This document shows positions 43,661 to 54,400 of a stretch of 64,000 nucleotides of DNA, piece after piece. Where the stretch lies: IMG/VR virus record IMGVR_UViG_3300044911_003339, positions 1 to 64,000 of that record. The stretch is one strand, 5' to 3'. This stretch comes from a virus. The notes below the pieces were generated by a model. It was not told where the DNA came from and searched no databases. It saw only the letters and a list, made by a program, of their open reading frames with translations. Position 1 is the first letter of the stretch. Each line of letters starts with the position of its first letter. The position numbers and the translations under genes were made by a program.

Positions 43661-45460
43661 ATGGGCCTGTTCGACAAGTTCAAGGATGGATTCGAAGCGC
43701 TCGCGAAGGCGCTCGGCGAATCCGAGGAAGACGGCGAGGACATCCCCTTCGACAAGATGCGGGATGCCCTCGTGCGTTCAGGTCTCGCGGAACCGACGGA
43801 GGAGAAGCCGCGCGCGCTCTTCCACGATCCCTACGCGGTCACGGACTGGGGAGGCTGGCGAGAGCGACCGTCGTCGATGACGTACGAGACGCTTCGCATG
43901 ATGAGCGTGAAGAACACGGTCATCGCCTCCATCATCCAGATCCGGTGTAATCAGGTCGCGCAGTTCGGTCGGCCTCAGCAGGGCCCGTACGACAAGGGCT
44001 ACCGGATCATCCCGCGCGACAGGCGGGACAAGAAGAAGGTGCTCACGCCCGCGGAGAAGAAGCAGGCCGCGGAGATCGAGCGGATGCTGGAGACGACGGG
44101 CTTCCTCCTGCCCGGCGAGAAGCCCGCGGATCGCGACAGCTTCCGCACCTTCTTGCGGAAGGCCACGCGCGACATCCTCACCTACGACCAGTGGGCGTTC
44201 GAGAAGATTCGCGACCGCAAGGGTCGCGTCTCGCGCTTCATCGCGCTCCCCTCAGAGAGCATCCGGCCGGCGAGCGCGGACATCGAGCACATGGACGTGA
44301 AGTCCCTGCGCGAGCGCGTCTCGCACGTCCAGGTCTACGAGGACACGCCGATCGCCGAGTTCAGCCCCGAGGACATCGCGTGGTGCGTGATGAATCCTCG
44401 CTCCGACCTGCGCGCGAACGGCTTCGGCTTCTCGTACATCGAGATGCTCGTCTCGCTCGTGACCGCGTGGCTCTACGGGTTCGAGTACAACCAGCGATTC
44501 TTCATGCAGGGCAGCGCCATCAAGGGCATCCTGAACGTGAAGGGCGCGATTCCCGATCGTCAGCTTCGTGCGTTCCGACGCATGTGGTATTCGATGGTCT
44601 CGGGCGTGAGCAACGCGTGGAAGACGCCGATCCTCAACAGCGAGGATCTCCAGTGGGTCCCGCTCCACGTGAACAACCGCGAGATGGAGTACGGGCAGTG
44701 GATGGACTGGCTCACGAAGCTCACGTGCGCCGTGTTCGGAATCGATCCCGTCGAGATCAACTTCATCTTCGGCAACAGCGGGCAGTCGTCGTCGCTGAAC
44801 CAGTCGCGCCCGAACGCGGCGGAGGTCCAGGAGTCGAAGGACAAGGGCCTCGTGCCTCTCATGGACCACATCGCCGACAACCTGAACATGCACATCATCT
44901 GGGAACTCGCACCAGATTTCGAGTTCGCCTTCACGGGCTTCGACGCGCAGGCCGAGGAGAAGGAGCAGGAGGGTCGCATCAAGGCGGTCACGAACTACAA
45001 GATGATCGACGAGGTGCGCGCGCTCTACGAAGACGATCCGCTGCCGAACGGCATGGGCCAACTGATTCTGAATCCGACCTACATGCAGTGGGCGATGCAG
45101 AAGGAGCAGGCCGCGATGGGCGGACCTCCCGGTGGAGGTGAGGGCGACATGGGCATGGGCGATCCCGACGCGCTGCCCTCCACAGCACCGGGCAACGACG
45201 AGGAAGACCTCGCAGGGCCTCCCCAGAAGGGCCCGCCCAAGCCCGGCCAGCCCCCGAAGGGTCCGCAGGGCCCGCAACCCCCGAAGGGCGCGCAGAAGCC
45301 CCCAGGGAAGCCCTTCGGCTCCCCCGGTGAGGAAGCGCTCCAGGCGTCAGCCTTCGTCGAGCGCACGGCGCGTGGCATCCTCCGCAAGTCCCGCGTACAC
45401 ACGCGCACCGAAGGCGGGCGGGAAATCATCGACATCGAACTGCCGGAGGATCCGACATGA
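43661..45460 (+). CDS. portal protein
   Basis: NPRSD...GFSYIE...YNQRFFMQG...KGILN...EMEYGQW...FGIDPVEINF...SKDKGLVPL; SPO1/Twort-like. Confidence 0.92.
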   Translation: MGLFDKFKDGFEALAKALGESEEDGEDIPFDKMRDALVRSGLAEPTEEKPRALFHDPYAVTDWGGWRERPSSMTYETLRMMSVKNTVIASIIQIRCNQVAQFGRPQQGPYDKGYRIIPRDRRDKKKVLTPAEKKQAAEIERMLETTGFLLPGEKPADRDSFRTFLRKATRDILTYDQWAFEKIRDRKGRVSRFIALPSESIRPASADIEHMDVKSLRERVSHVQVYEDTPIAEFSPEDIAWCVMNPRSDLRANGFGFSYIEMLVSLVTAWLYGFEYNQRFFMQGSAIKGILNVKGAIPDRQLRAFRRMWYSMVSGVSNAWKTPILNSEDLQWVPLHVNNREMEYGQWMDWLTKLTCAVFGIDPVEINFIFGNSGQSSSLNQSRPNAAEVQESKDKGLVPLMDHIADNLNMHIIWELAPDFEFAFTGFDAQAEEKEQEGRIKAVTNYKMIDEVRALYEDDPLPNGMGQLILNPTYMQWAMQKEQAAMGGPPGGGEGDMGMGDPDALPSTAPGNDEEDLAGPPQKGPPKPGQPPKGPQGPQPPKGAQKPPGKPFGSPGEEALQASAFVERTARGILRKSRVHTRTEGGREIIDIELPEDPT

Positions 45461-46221
45461 GCGTCCGCACCTTCCTCGACATGAGCTTCCAGATCGGACT
45501 GGAGAACAGTCTCGACGATTCGCTGTTCGAGCGCACGAACTCGCAGCTTCTCGACACGCTTGACCACGCAACCGGAGGTGTCGTGTCGCTCGCGGCGCTT
45601 CAGACGAACGTCACGCTGCCCTTCGGCGACGTGACCGAGGCGCGAATCCTCTACATCGAGGCCGAGGACGGCGACGTGCGCTTCACGCTCGGCGGCGGGC
45701 TCGCGACCTCGGGGCGTATCGACGCCGTGGGCGCGGCCTACCCGACGGGCTTCGTCGGCGCAGAGACGCTCGACTTCGAAGTGGACGCCACGGCGATCGC
45801 CGTGACCTTCACGTCGGGAGACCAGACGATCACGCAGGTCATCAACCGTATCAACGCGGCGTGCGCGCTCGCGGGATTCGCCACGCCGATCGCGAAGGTG
45901 AGCGCGGGGCAGCTTCGCCTCGAAAGCCCGACGACGGGCACGTCTTCGTCGATCGAGATCATCGGAGGCACAGGCCGCGCGACGCTCGGCCTCCCCGCTC
46001 CCTCCACCATCAACTCAGGTGCGAACTCGACGCCCGGCACGAGCCCCGTGGAGCTTCGTCGTCCCGCGGACCCCGCGGGCGCGAGCGCCGCGGCAGGCGT
46101 GAAGGCGATCTTCTTCGGCACCGTGAAGACGAGCAGCATCGTCATGGAGAATCTCTCCGACAACGTGACGAAGGTGCGCTGGGCGATCGCGGGAGACCTC
46201 ACGACCGACGACGCGTGCTGA
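45457..46221 (+). CDS. putative structural protein
   Basis: Beta-rich; INRINAA...LRLESPTTGTSSSI domain seen in sheath-like insertions. Confidence 0.5.
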   Translation: MSVRTFLDMSFQIGLENSLDDSLFERTNSQLLDTLDHATGGVVSLAALQTNVTLPFGDVTEARILYIEAEDGDVRFTLGGGLATSGRIDAVGAAYPTGFVGAETLDFEVDATAIAVTFTSGDQTITQVINRINAACALAGFATPIAKVSAGQLRLESPTTGTSSSIEIIGGTGRATLGLPAPSTINSGANSTPGTSPVELRRPADPAGASAAAGVKAIFFGTVKTSSIVMENLSDNVTKVRWAIAGDLTTDDAC

Positions 46222-46231
46222 CGGAGGTCCC

Positions 46232-48046
46232 GTGGCTCGCGTACGCATCGAAGCCCCCGAGGGACTGGACCGACTGACGCTCGCGCAGATCGTCGTCGGT
46301 CCTCACCTGCTTCTGAAGTCCCAGCACGTCCGGCATGCCGGCGAGCGGACGTTCTCGCGCTACGTCGCGCTCCAGGAGTTGAACGAGCACGTCGTGAAGT
46401 CGTTCGAGGAGACGCTGAAGCAAGCGCTGAAGCGCGCGGACGATTACATGCAGCGCACGGTGCTGCTCGCCGACGTGGGGCTGCGGAAGGCGGACGAGCA
46501 CCTCCCCGCGTTCCCTCCGCTCTTCACGCCCGAGCAGATGGAGGCGGTGCGCCGCATCCTCACCGATCACGTGCACGGCTTCATCGCGACGACCGTGGAT
46601 CCGAATCTTCTCTCGCAGCACGAGGTCGCGCGCCTGATCGCCGAGGGAGTGATTCCCGCGTCGATGAGCTACGTGTTCCAGGCCGAGCCGGGGCAGGAGG
46701 CTCCTCTCGCCGAGGACTGGATCGGAGCGGCCTACACCTACGGCGCGATGCTCGGCTCGATGCGAGAGGGCGATGACGCCGCCTACGTGAAGTCGCTGTC
46801 GTGGCCGACGTTCGCCAAGAAGCAGAAGGCACAGCCGCTCGTGCTGACCCCGCACGAGCAGGCCGCGCTCGACGTGGCGAAGCACAGCGCGGGCATCCAC
46901 TGCCGCGGGCTCGGGAACGAAGTCGCCGACGACTTCTCGACGATCGCCATCGACACGGACCGCGCGCTGCGGAAGCGATTCGAGCACGAGATCCAGACCT
47001 CGACCGAGGCGAACATCGCGCGCCGCGACGCGTGGCGGAAGCTCGCGAGCGACCTCGGGCACAAGACCGGGGACTGGGCGCGAGGCTTCGGGCGCATCGC
47101 CGCGACCGAGAAGCAGCGCGCGTTCCAGGAGGGATTCTCCACGACGCTGAAGAAGCGCGAGAAGAAGCGCCCCGAGGACGTGCGCGTCGCCAAGCTCCCG
47201 GCACCCGACGCGTGCCCCGACTGCGTGCGCCTGCACCTCACCGCAGGTCCCGGTTCCAAGCCGCGCATCTTCTCGCTCGCAGACCTGGAGGCCAACGGCT
47301 CGAACATCGGCGTGAAGCGCGCCTCGTGGAAGGCCGTCGTCGGGCCGGTGCATCCGTGGTGCGGGTGCGAACTCGTGCACGTGCCCGACGGCTGGGATTT
47401 CGACGACGAGAACAAGCTCATGCCCACGAAGCTCGAACGCAGCGCACGCCTGGAGGCGGACCTGCGGAAGAGCGCGGACAAGCAGCGACACCTGACCTAC
47501 AGGGAATCGGTTCCCGAGAAGGGCATCGTCGTTCGCGTCGGCGACCCGCTCACGCGAGCGGAGATCGACAAGGTGATCGCGCGCACGCCCGAAGTGCTGT
47601 TCGACCACAAGGTCGGCGTCACGCTCATCACGACCGATCTGCCGACGGTGCAGAACGTGCTCGACCCGCACGATCTCGCCTACTGGACGGGCAACGAGAT
47701 TCGCCTCTCGCAGACTCTCGCGCCCGAGCGCGTGAACCTCGTGCTCATGCACGAGTTCGGTCACGCGCTGAACGTGTTCCTCTACCAGAAGTTCGACGAG
47801 AACACGGACCGCGTGCGCGCGTGGCACGACGCCCTGTTCGCCATCGCGAAGGTCGAGGGCTTCGTCTCCGATTACGCGACCCGCGAGCCGATCGAGAACG
47901 CAGCCGAGGTGACCCGGCTCTACCTCTACGACCGGCCGAAGCTCATGCGGGAGTTCCCGCGGCAGTTCGCCTTCTGCCAGAAGGACTACCGCGACATCCT
48001 CCCGCCCTGGAAGTGGAGGAACGATGGCGATTCTAAAGATCGCTGA
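46232..48046 (+). CDS. MuF/SPP1 gp7-like head morphogenesis protein fused to HEXXH metallopeptidase
   Basis: RIAATE...CPDC...GPVHPWCGC; then MHEFGHA...VSDYA...ENAAE. Confidence 0.85.
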   Translation: MARVRIEAPEGLDRLTLAQIVVGPHLLLKSQHVRHAGERTFSRYVALQELNEHVVKSFEETLKQALKRADDYMQRTVLLADVGLRKADEHLPAFPPLFTPEQMEAVRRILTDHVHGFIATTVDPNLLSQHEVARLIAEGVIPASMSYVFQAEPGQEAPLAEDWIGAAYTYGAMLGSMREGDDAAYVKSLSWPTFAKKQKAQPLVLTPHEQAALDVAKHSAGIHCRGLGNEVADDFSTIAIDTDRALRKRFEHEIQTSTEANIARRDAWRKLASDLGHKTGDWARGFGRIAATEKQRAFQEGFSTTLKKREKKRPEDVRVAKLPAPDACPDCVRLHLTAGPGSKPRIFSLADLEANGSNIGVKRASWKAVVGPVHPWCGCELVHVPDGWDFDDENKLMPTKLERSARLEADLRKSADKQRHLTYRESVPEKGIVVRVGDPLTRAEIDKVIARTPEVLFDHKVGVTLITTDLPTVQNVLDPHDLAYWTGNEIRLSQTLAPERVNLVLMHEFGHALNVFLYQKFDENTDRVRAWHDALFAIAKVEGFVSDYATREPIENAAEVTRLYLYDRPKLMREFPRQFAFCQKDYRDILPPWKWRNDGDSKDR

Positions 48047-51000
48047 TCTCGTGAAGAGCGGAGGTCCGTACATCGGGCCGAAGGGCGGTGTGTGGGCCGA
48101 CCCGCAGCACACGGTGCCGTGGAAATCGGATCATGAGGACACCACCTCTCACTTGTTCCACTCCACGCCCGCGTACGCGATGAGCCGGATCAAGCGGGAA
48201 GGTCTTGCTCCGCGCAAGGGCGCAGGTCTCTTCCAGCACGGCGGCTACGATCTGCACTCGCAAGGCAAGGTGTTCCTCTCGAACAACCTCTACGCGGCGA
48301 AGCAGTGGCACAGCAAGGTCGAGGCTCAACTCGAACACCACCACGATAATCCGAAGCACCACGTTGCAGTCATGCTTCGTGTGAAGCCTCGGGAGACGCA
48401 TCTCGACGATGTTGGAGACCGCGATGTGAGCGGCTCTCGCTTCGTGCGCGACGTTGTGCCTGCAACCGACATCGAGTTCTTCCACGAAGGTACGAAGCGC
48501 TGGAAGCCGGTGAAGGATTACAAGCACGGCACGCACGGTATCCCGGACGACCACTACGAAGCTCACGCGCCGCGCGACGAAGAGGCAGACGCCGCCGAGA
48601 AGGCCGCAGCGAAAGAGGCACGACGCGCGAAGCGCGAAGCCGAGGAGCAGGCGACTCGCGCGCGGCTCGCGGCGCTCCAGGAGGAGCGCGCGAAGCGCGA
48701 GGCTGCGGAAGCGCAGGTTCACTTCAGGGATTCTGACGAAGGCAAGGCAATCCTCACGCGCTGGAAGGGCCTCTCCCCCGAAGAGCGTCAGGCGAAGGCG
48801 AAGCGCATCCTCGACGCGCCCCGCCCTTTCCCCGGCGCTCCCTCGATGCTGTCGCTCGGGCAGCGAGGCGAGGTGTGGCGCGAAGCTCTCGGAGTCGATG
48901 AGAAAGGGAATCTCGTGAAGTCGCGATTCATCATCAAGGCAGGCCCCTCAGGTGGGGGTTGGATGCCGATCCCCGGAGGCCACCACGGAGGGCTTCGGCG
49001 ACGACACGGCGCGGGCTGGGAGTACTGGTACCCGAACGGAGCCCCGCACTTCGTGCTCCGCGAGCAGAAGCACCCCGAGGAGCAGCACGGGCACGAGCAG
49101 ATCGACCCGGAGCCCTCGCACTGGGCCCTCGTCACGCCCGGCCCCGGCCTGCCCCCGGTCGGGTGGACCGCGGGCGGCGTGAACCCGCACGACACGAAGA
49201 CCCCCGTGAAGGAGGCCGGTGTCTCGGGGAAGCTCTACCGCATCAAGAATCCGCACATCCGAGAAGGCTGGGCGCTGCTCACCGACGTGCGCTCGGGCGA
49301 GGACCACATGGTCCAGCACGACCGCGTGATGCCCGTTCGGTGGCTTTCGCCCGAAGAGAGGGCTCTCCAGGGCTCTACAGAGCCTCAGGAGCCGTTTTCG
49401 ACCTGGAAGCCAGGGGTGGGTCCCTCCAAGCGCCCGAGCGGCGGAGGGGCGTCTGAGGGCAAGCGGATGCCCTCCTTCCCCGACTCCCGAGCGCTGCCCG
49501 GAACCGAGACGCACAAGCTGGAGAACGGCGCGTACGTCTGGCGCAAGGTCACGCGGTACGAAGCCGACGAGGACGGCACCACTCGCAAGGTCGAGCGGCT
49601 CGCGCCTGGAATCCCCGACTCCGACAAGATCGCGCTCATCGCAGAGTACGAGGGCCTCGTCGCCAAGACGGCGAAGCGCGTGCGCAGCGCGTTCGGGCTC
49701 AGCGCCCGCCTCTCCACCGGCCCCGGTCAGCGCACGGTGGACGACACGCTCGTCGAGCTTCGGCAGGCCGGCGTGGAGGGTCTGCTCCACGCCATCGACA
49801 GCTATCGCCCCGTGGGCCCGTTTGCAGCGCACGCCCAGCAGTACGTTCGCGATTACGCGCGTCTCCACGCCGCACGGGAGTTCGCGGGAGGCATCGCGAT
49901 CCCGCGGCGGCATGCGCGCCTGCTCTCGTCCTACATCGCGGCCCGCGCAGAGGCCGCGCGCGTGAGCGGAAGCCACGACCCGAGCCCCGAGGTGGTCGCG
50001 GAGTTCTGGAAGCCGAAGAAGCGGGACCTGCACTCGGGCCTCTCGCCCGAGGAAGGCGGAGGAACGATTCCTCTCGCTGGCTACACGCTGAAGCGCAAGA
50101 CGACCTCGACCGATCCCGAGACGGGCAAGAAGAAGACGACCGTCGAGGGCGAGGACGTGGTGCAGCAGCCCGGCCGCCTGGAGTGGGCGCAGCAGTTCCA
50201 CGCGTTCCTCGTCGGGCAGGGAGGCATGGCGGACATCGACGAGCAGGCCGCGCTGTTCCCCGGCCTCGGCGTCGGCACGGGGCTCGGCGCGGACGAGCGC
50301 ATCGCCGTGCGCGAGGCGATGATGCGCGCGCTCCCTCCCGACGGGACGATCGTCACGGTCCAGGCGGGCCCGCAGGCCCAGTTCCGCGGCGAGACCTGGA
50401 AGGCGATCGACCTCGCCCTCGGGCTCTCGTCGGGCGATCCGCTGCCTCTCGACGAAGTGGTCCGTCGCGTGCCCGTCGAGGGATCGCGCGGAGGTGAGTG
50501 GAAGCGTCTCGGAAGCTCGCGAGCGCGCGCCGCGATCGAGGCGCTCATCCGCGACGGCCTGAACACGGTCGCGCGTCACCTGCGAGGCGACGAGGACCGA
50601 GCAGCGTCGCTCGCGCAGGCCCTCGTGACGAAGCTCGTGCCGACCGAGGCTCCGAAGGAGCGGCTCCCCACGATGCGAGAGCGAATCCGCGCTGCGATGG
50701 CCCGCATCACCCCGGCCGAGGTGCAGCGCTGGCGCGAGGAGACGCGAGCGCGCTACCCCGAGCGGCCCGACATCGGCCGACGGATGTCTCGTGTCACCGA
50801 TTCCGAAGCGAAGCGCCGCATCGTCGAGGAGCGCATCGCCGCAGCCCCGCTCACGCCCGAGATGCACGAGGCGATGCTCCGCACGATGACGGCGATTCGC
50901 CAGGGCGTCTCGGCCTCGGGCCAGAACGTCTTCGGCGTCGTGGACCCGAAGGGGTCGAAGAAGAGCCTGCGCGTGCACTCGCTCTCCAAGGCCGGCGACC

Positions 51001-51137
51001 ACGGCGCGTCCGATTCGGCTATGGTCGGGGAGTGGCTCCGGTTCCCGGAGCTTTCGCGACTTCGCTGGGCGAGCGAAGATCCGCTCGTGCACGCTCCGAC
51101 GATCGCTCGCGCACGGTTCGATTCCATCATCGGGTGA
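48024..51137 (+). CDS. polyvalent protein: ART/Tpt1-fold domain plus sigma70-like domain
   Basis: LFHSTP...IKREGLAP...VFLS...VMLRV; LIAEYEGLVAKTAKR...ELRQAGVEGLLHAIDSY...FAAHAQQYVR...IAIP...PSPEVVAE...LALGL...PLPLDEV. Confidence 0.8.
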   Translation: MAILKIADLVKSGGPYIGPKGGVWADPQHTVPWKSDHEDTTSHLFHSTPAYAMSRIKREGLAPRKGAGLFQHGGYDLHSQGKVFLSNNLYAAKQWHSKVEAQLEHHHDNPKHHVAVMLRVKPRETHLDDVGDRDVSGSRFVRDVVPATDIEFFHEGTKRWKPVKDYKHGTHGIPDDHYEAHAPRDEEADAAEKAAAKEARRAKREAEEQATRARLAALQEERAKREAAEAQVHFRDSDEGKAILTRWKGLSPEERQAKAKRILDAPRPFPGAPSMLSLGQRGEVWREALGVDEKGNLVKSRFIIKAGPSGGGWMPIPGGHHGGLRRRHGAGWEYWYPNGAPHFVLREQKHPEEQHGHEQIDPEPSHWALVTPGPGLPPVGWTAGGVNPHDTKTPVKEAGVSGKLYRIKNPHIREGWALLTDVRSGEDHMVQHDRVMPVRWLSPEERALQGSTEPQEPFSTWKPGVGPSKRPSGGGASEGKRMPSFPDSRALPGTETHKLENGAYVWRKVTRYEADEDGTTRKVERLAPGIPDSDKIALIAEYEGLVAKTAKRVRSAFGLSARLSTGPGQRTVDDTLVELRQAGVEGLLHAIDSYRPVGPFAAHAQQYVRDYARLHAAREFAGGIAIPRRHARLLSSYIAARAEAARVSGSHDPSPEVVAEFWKPKKRDLHSGLSPEEGGGTIPLAGYTLKRKTTSTDPETGKKKTTVEGEDVVQQPGRLEWAQQFHAFLVGQGGMADIDEQAALFPGLGVGTGLGADERIAVREAMMRALPPDGTIVTVQAGPQAQFRGETWKAIDLALGLSSGDPLPLDEVVRRVPVEGSRGGEWKRLGSSRARAAIEALIRDGLNTVARHLRGDEDRAASLAQALVTKLVPTEAPKERLPTMRERIRAAMARITPAEVQRWREETRARYPERPDIGRRMSRVTDSEAKRRIVEERIAAAPLTPEMHEAMLRTMTAIRQGVSASGQNVFGVVDPKGSKKSLRVHSLSKAGDHGASDSAMVGEWLRFPELSRLRWASEDPLVHAPTIARARFDSIIG

Positions 51138-51145
51138 GGTTCTCC

Positions 51146-51490
51146 ATGAAGAGGTTCTCCATCGACCCCGCCACGCTGCCGACCACATGGCGGGTCGGGC
51201 GGCGTGTCGGCAATAGCGGGCTGGAGCACGCCTTCGATCTCCGCCGTCGGGATGACGGCGGAATCTCCATCTCGAACGTCGAGCACCCGCTCACGGAGAC
51301 CGAGCGCACCATGCTGCTCTCGCACTTCGGCAAGGCGCGCGTCGTGACGATCGGAGGCGAGGCCGACAACGGCGCGCTCGTGACGACGATGCAGCGCCAC
51401 GAGCCGGGGGAGATCGAGAACTTCGTGGAGGCGGTCTACTCGCTGCCCTCACCCTTCATGGTGATGCCGAACGCTCGGAGGGAGACATGA
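51146..51490 (+). CDS. hypothetical protein
   Basis: GAGGT SD; coupled to the giant gene. Confidence 0.65.
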   Translation: MKRFSIDPATLPTTWRVGRRVGNSGLEHAFDLRRRDDGGISISNVEHPLTETERTMLLSHFGKARVVTIGGEADNGALVTTMQRHEPGEIENFVEAVYSLPSPFMVMPNARRET

Positions 51491-54400
51491 GCCGGTTCGT
51501 GATTCCTGCGCTCCGCGCCGCACTGCCGGACGCCCTGGCGAAGTCGTTCCAGCGAGGCCCGCTCGCGCAGCACAAGTACCTGAAGCGAGAGCCCTACTTC
51601 GTCGGGGGCAAGCTGCGCTGGAGGTACTGGTACGCGAGCGACGAGCTTCGCAAGCAGGGCATGGTCGAGCACGACCCCGCGGGCGAGCACGAGCACCACC
51701 TGCTCGCGAACATCGCGGACATCTACGAGCACTTCAAGTCCGTGATCCGCTCGACTGCTGCGACCCCGACGACGGCGATCGAGGGAATCTTCCAGGCCGC
51801 GGTCGATGACCCGAAGGCGCAGCGCGTGCCACAGGTCGCGATGTCTCCGGCGTTCCAGGCGCAGCACGTTCAGCCGTTCATCGACGCAGAGGCGAAGGGA
51901 GCACCTCCCGAGGCGAGCCCGATCGTGCGCGTGCACGACGCGCTGGAGATGGTGCCCGACTACCTCCTGAAGCTCGTGATGGGCGGGACGAAGAACACGA
52001 AGCACCCCGGCTACAAGGGGCTCGGCCCGTACCCCGGTCTCTCCGCGCTCGTGATGAATCGCCAGGAGGACGAGGGAGCGGATTACGCGAACACCGCAGG
52101 TTGGGCGCATCCGAAGACGGGCGAGCTTCACCTGCTTGGCGGCGGCTCGGGCAAGCACGGCAGCGATTCGAGCTACTCCTTCCTCGACGGCGGCGACCCT
52201 GCCACGGCTCCCACGCCGACGGACTTCAACGACGCGAAGGTGCATCTCGAAAAGGTCGTCTGGCACGAGCTTGGGCACCACGTGCACTTCACGCTGGAGA
52301 CCGAGCAGCCGGACGTGATGGATTCGTGGAGGGACCTCTCGACGGGTCCGGGTCCGAAGCCGACGGCCTACGCGCACACGGCATGGTGGGAGGACTTCGC
52401 AGAATCCTTCTCGGGCTGCTTCGCGCTCCCGAAGGTGATGGCGATGCGCTGCCCCGAGCGATACGACTGGATGCGACAGCACGTCCTGAAGTCGCTGCCC
52501 GAGAGGTCCGCGCTCCTGAAGATGTCGGACGAGGAACTCGCGTGGTGGAACAAGAAGAAGACCACGCCGCCCGGCAAGCTGCTGATGCACCTGAAGTCGA
52601 ACGCGCCCGCGCGTCGCTTCGGTGCCTACTACAGCGACAAGGACCAGTTCTTCACGGTCGGCAAGGGAGGGCGCACGGTCTACCTGCGCTTCGGTCCGTC
52701 CGAGCCTGATCAGGAGGACGGCTGGACGCAGGTCCCCTCGACCATCGACCCGGAGACCGGGCTGCCGGTCTACGACGCCGCCTACGGTCCGCGCTTCAAG
52801 GTGCAGGGCAACCTGAAGGAGATGTACGACGAGCGCGGGAATCCGCTCGACGACTTCCAGGCGTTCCTCTACCTCGGACAAGACGACCCCGAGGTGCAGA
52901 AGTTCGTCGCCGACACGATGGAGAAGTACGTCGCGACGTTGCCTCCGAACTCGCCGCAGCCGACGGAGTACGACGCGGTGCAGTGGCTCGCCGCGAAGGG
53001 CGGCGACGAGGCGAAGGCTCTGGAGACGCGTCTGCTCTCGTACAAGATGTACACGTCGCTCGGCTACAAGCGGGAGTCGGAGAAGATTTCCGCGAAGGAA
53101 GCCCACACGACGGAGAAGGAGCGCAAGCGAGTCGAGAAGGAGCGCGCGAAGGGCGGCACGGGCTACCTCGATCGCCACGACTGGGTTCCGGTCGAGATTC
53201 CTCGCTCGGAGTTCGTTCAGAAGTCGGGCACCTTCAAGTTCGACAACGTGCGACCCGCGGAGTACCAGCCGTGGCAGGCCCGCGAGTGGGATCCCGTCAC
53301 GAAGACCTCGCGTGTGAAGACCGTCTACGACCCTGCGGCCGGCAAGGTGGTGCCCGTGCGCACGGCGACGGTCTACGAGCAGGAGAACCCCGACGGCACG
53401 ACGTTCCGTGTGACGGTCGCGGAGGGCGAGCCCTTCTCGATCGGACAGACCATCCTCGCGCCGGTCAGCGTGAAGCTGCCCGACGGTCGCATCTCGCAGG
53501 ACTGGCAGCCCTACAAGCTGTCCGTCGAAGACGGCGAGATGACCGTCACGAACCTCGCGAAGAAGTTCCGCGTCGATCCTGAGGCGCTCCTTCGTCAGAA
53601 TCACCGCTACATGCGCGGGCAGATCACGGACCCGATGCTCGCCGCGCTCCTCAACCCGAGCGGCGAGGTGATTCGCGATCAGTTCGATCTCATGCGCCTC
53701 ATGAAGCTCGCGGCCGAGCAGCCCACGCCGCCGACCGCGTGGGTCAGCGTCCGGGGCAAGACGGGCTCGATCGCTCACTTCAAGGTGAGCTTCGACGGCT
53801 CGGGCCCGCCGCGCGTCGAGGGTCGTCAGTGGGCCGCGAAGCTCGGGAAGGACCCGACCGAACCCATCCGCCTCGATCAGATTCTCGGGAAGGACGACGA
53901 ACTCATCGGCGTCGAGACCGTGCGCGAGCGGAAGGCGAAGGAGGTCAAGATCAAGCCGGGCGGCCTGGTGTGGGTCACCGTCAAGAATCACCTCGGCGAC
54001 GCGAAGCGCGTGATGGCGCGCTACATCGAGAAGAAGTCGTTCGAGGAGAAGGGCAAGAAGAAGAACGCCCACGTCGTCCAGGTGCTCCCCGGTCAGGGCA
54101 CGGGTCTGCCGAAGGACCGCGTGATCGTCACGCGCGTGAACAAGAGCGACGAGAGCCAGATCCCCGGCAAGCCGGAGATTCGTCGGCGCTTCGTCGAGCC
54201 GATGCAGAAGGACGTGCTGCTCTACGCCGACGAGGTGCGGGTCGGCTCGGGCGACCGAGACACGAGCGGCGTGATCAAGATCCTCCCGCCGAAGAACGGC
54301 TCGGTCACGAAGGCGCAACTCGCTGCGATTCCTGGCGTGCGCATCATCGGACTGGAGAAGGCACGGAACAAGAAGGGCGGAGCAGTCACGGAGGAGCTTC

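Noticed and set aside
41545-43950. Long alternative-frame plus-strand ORFs rich in R/A/G/P
   Set aside because: Off-frame products expected at high GC; they overlap motif-bearing genes.
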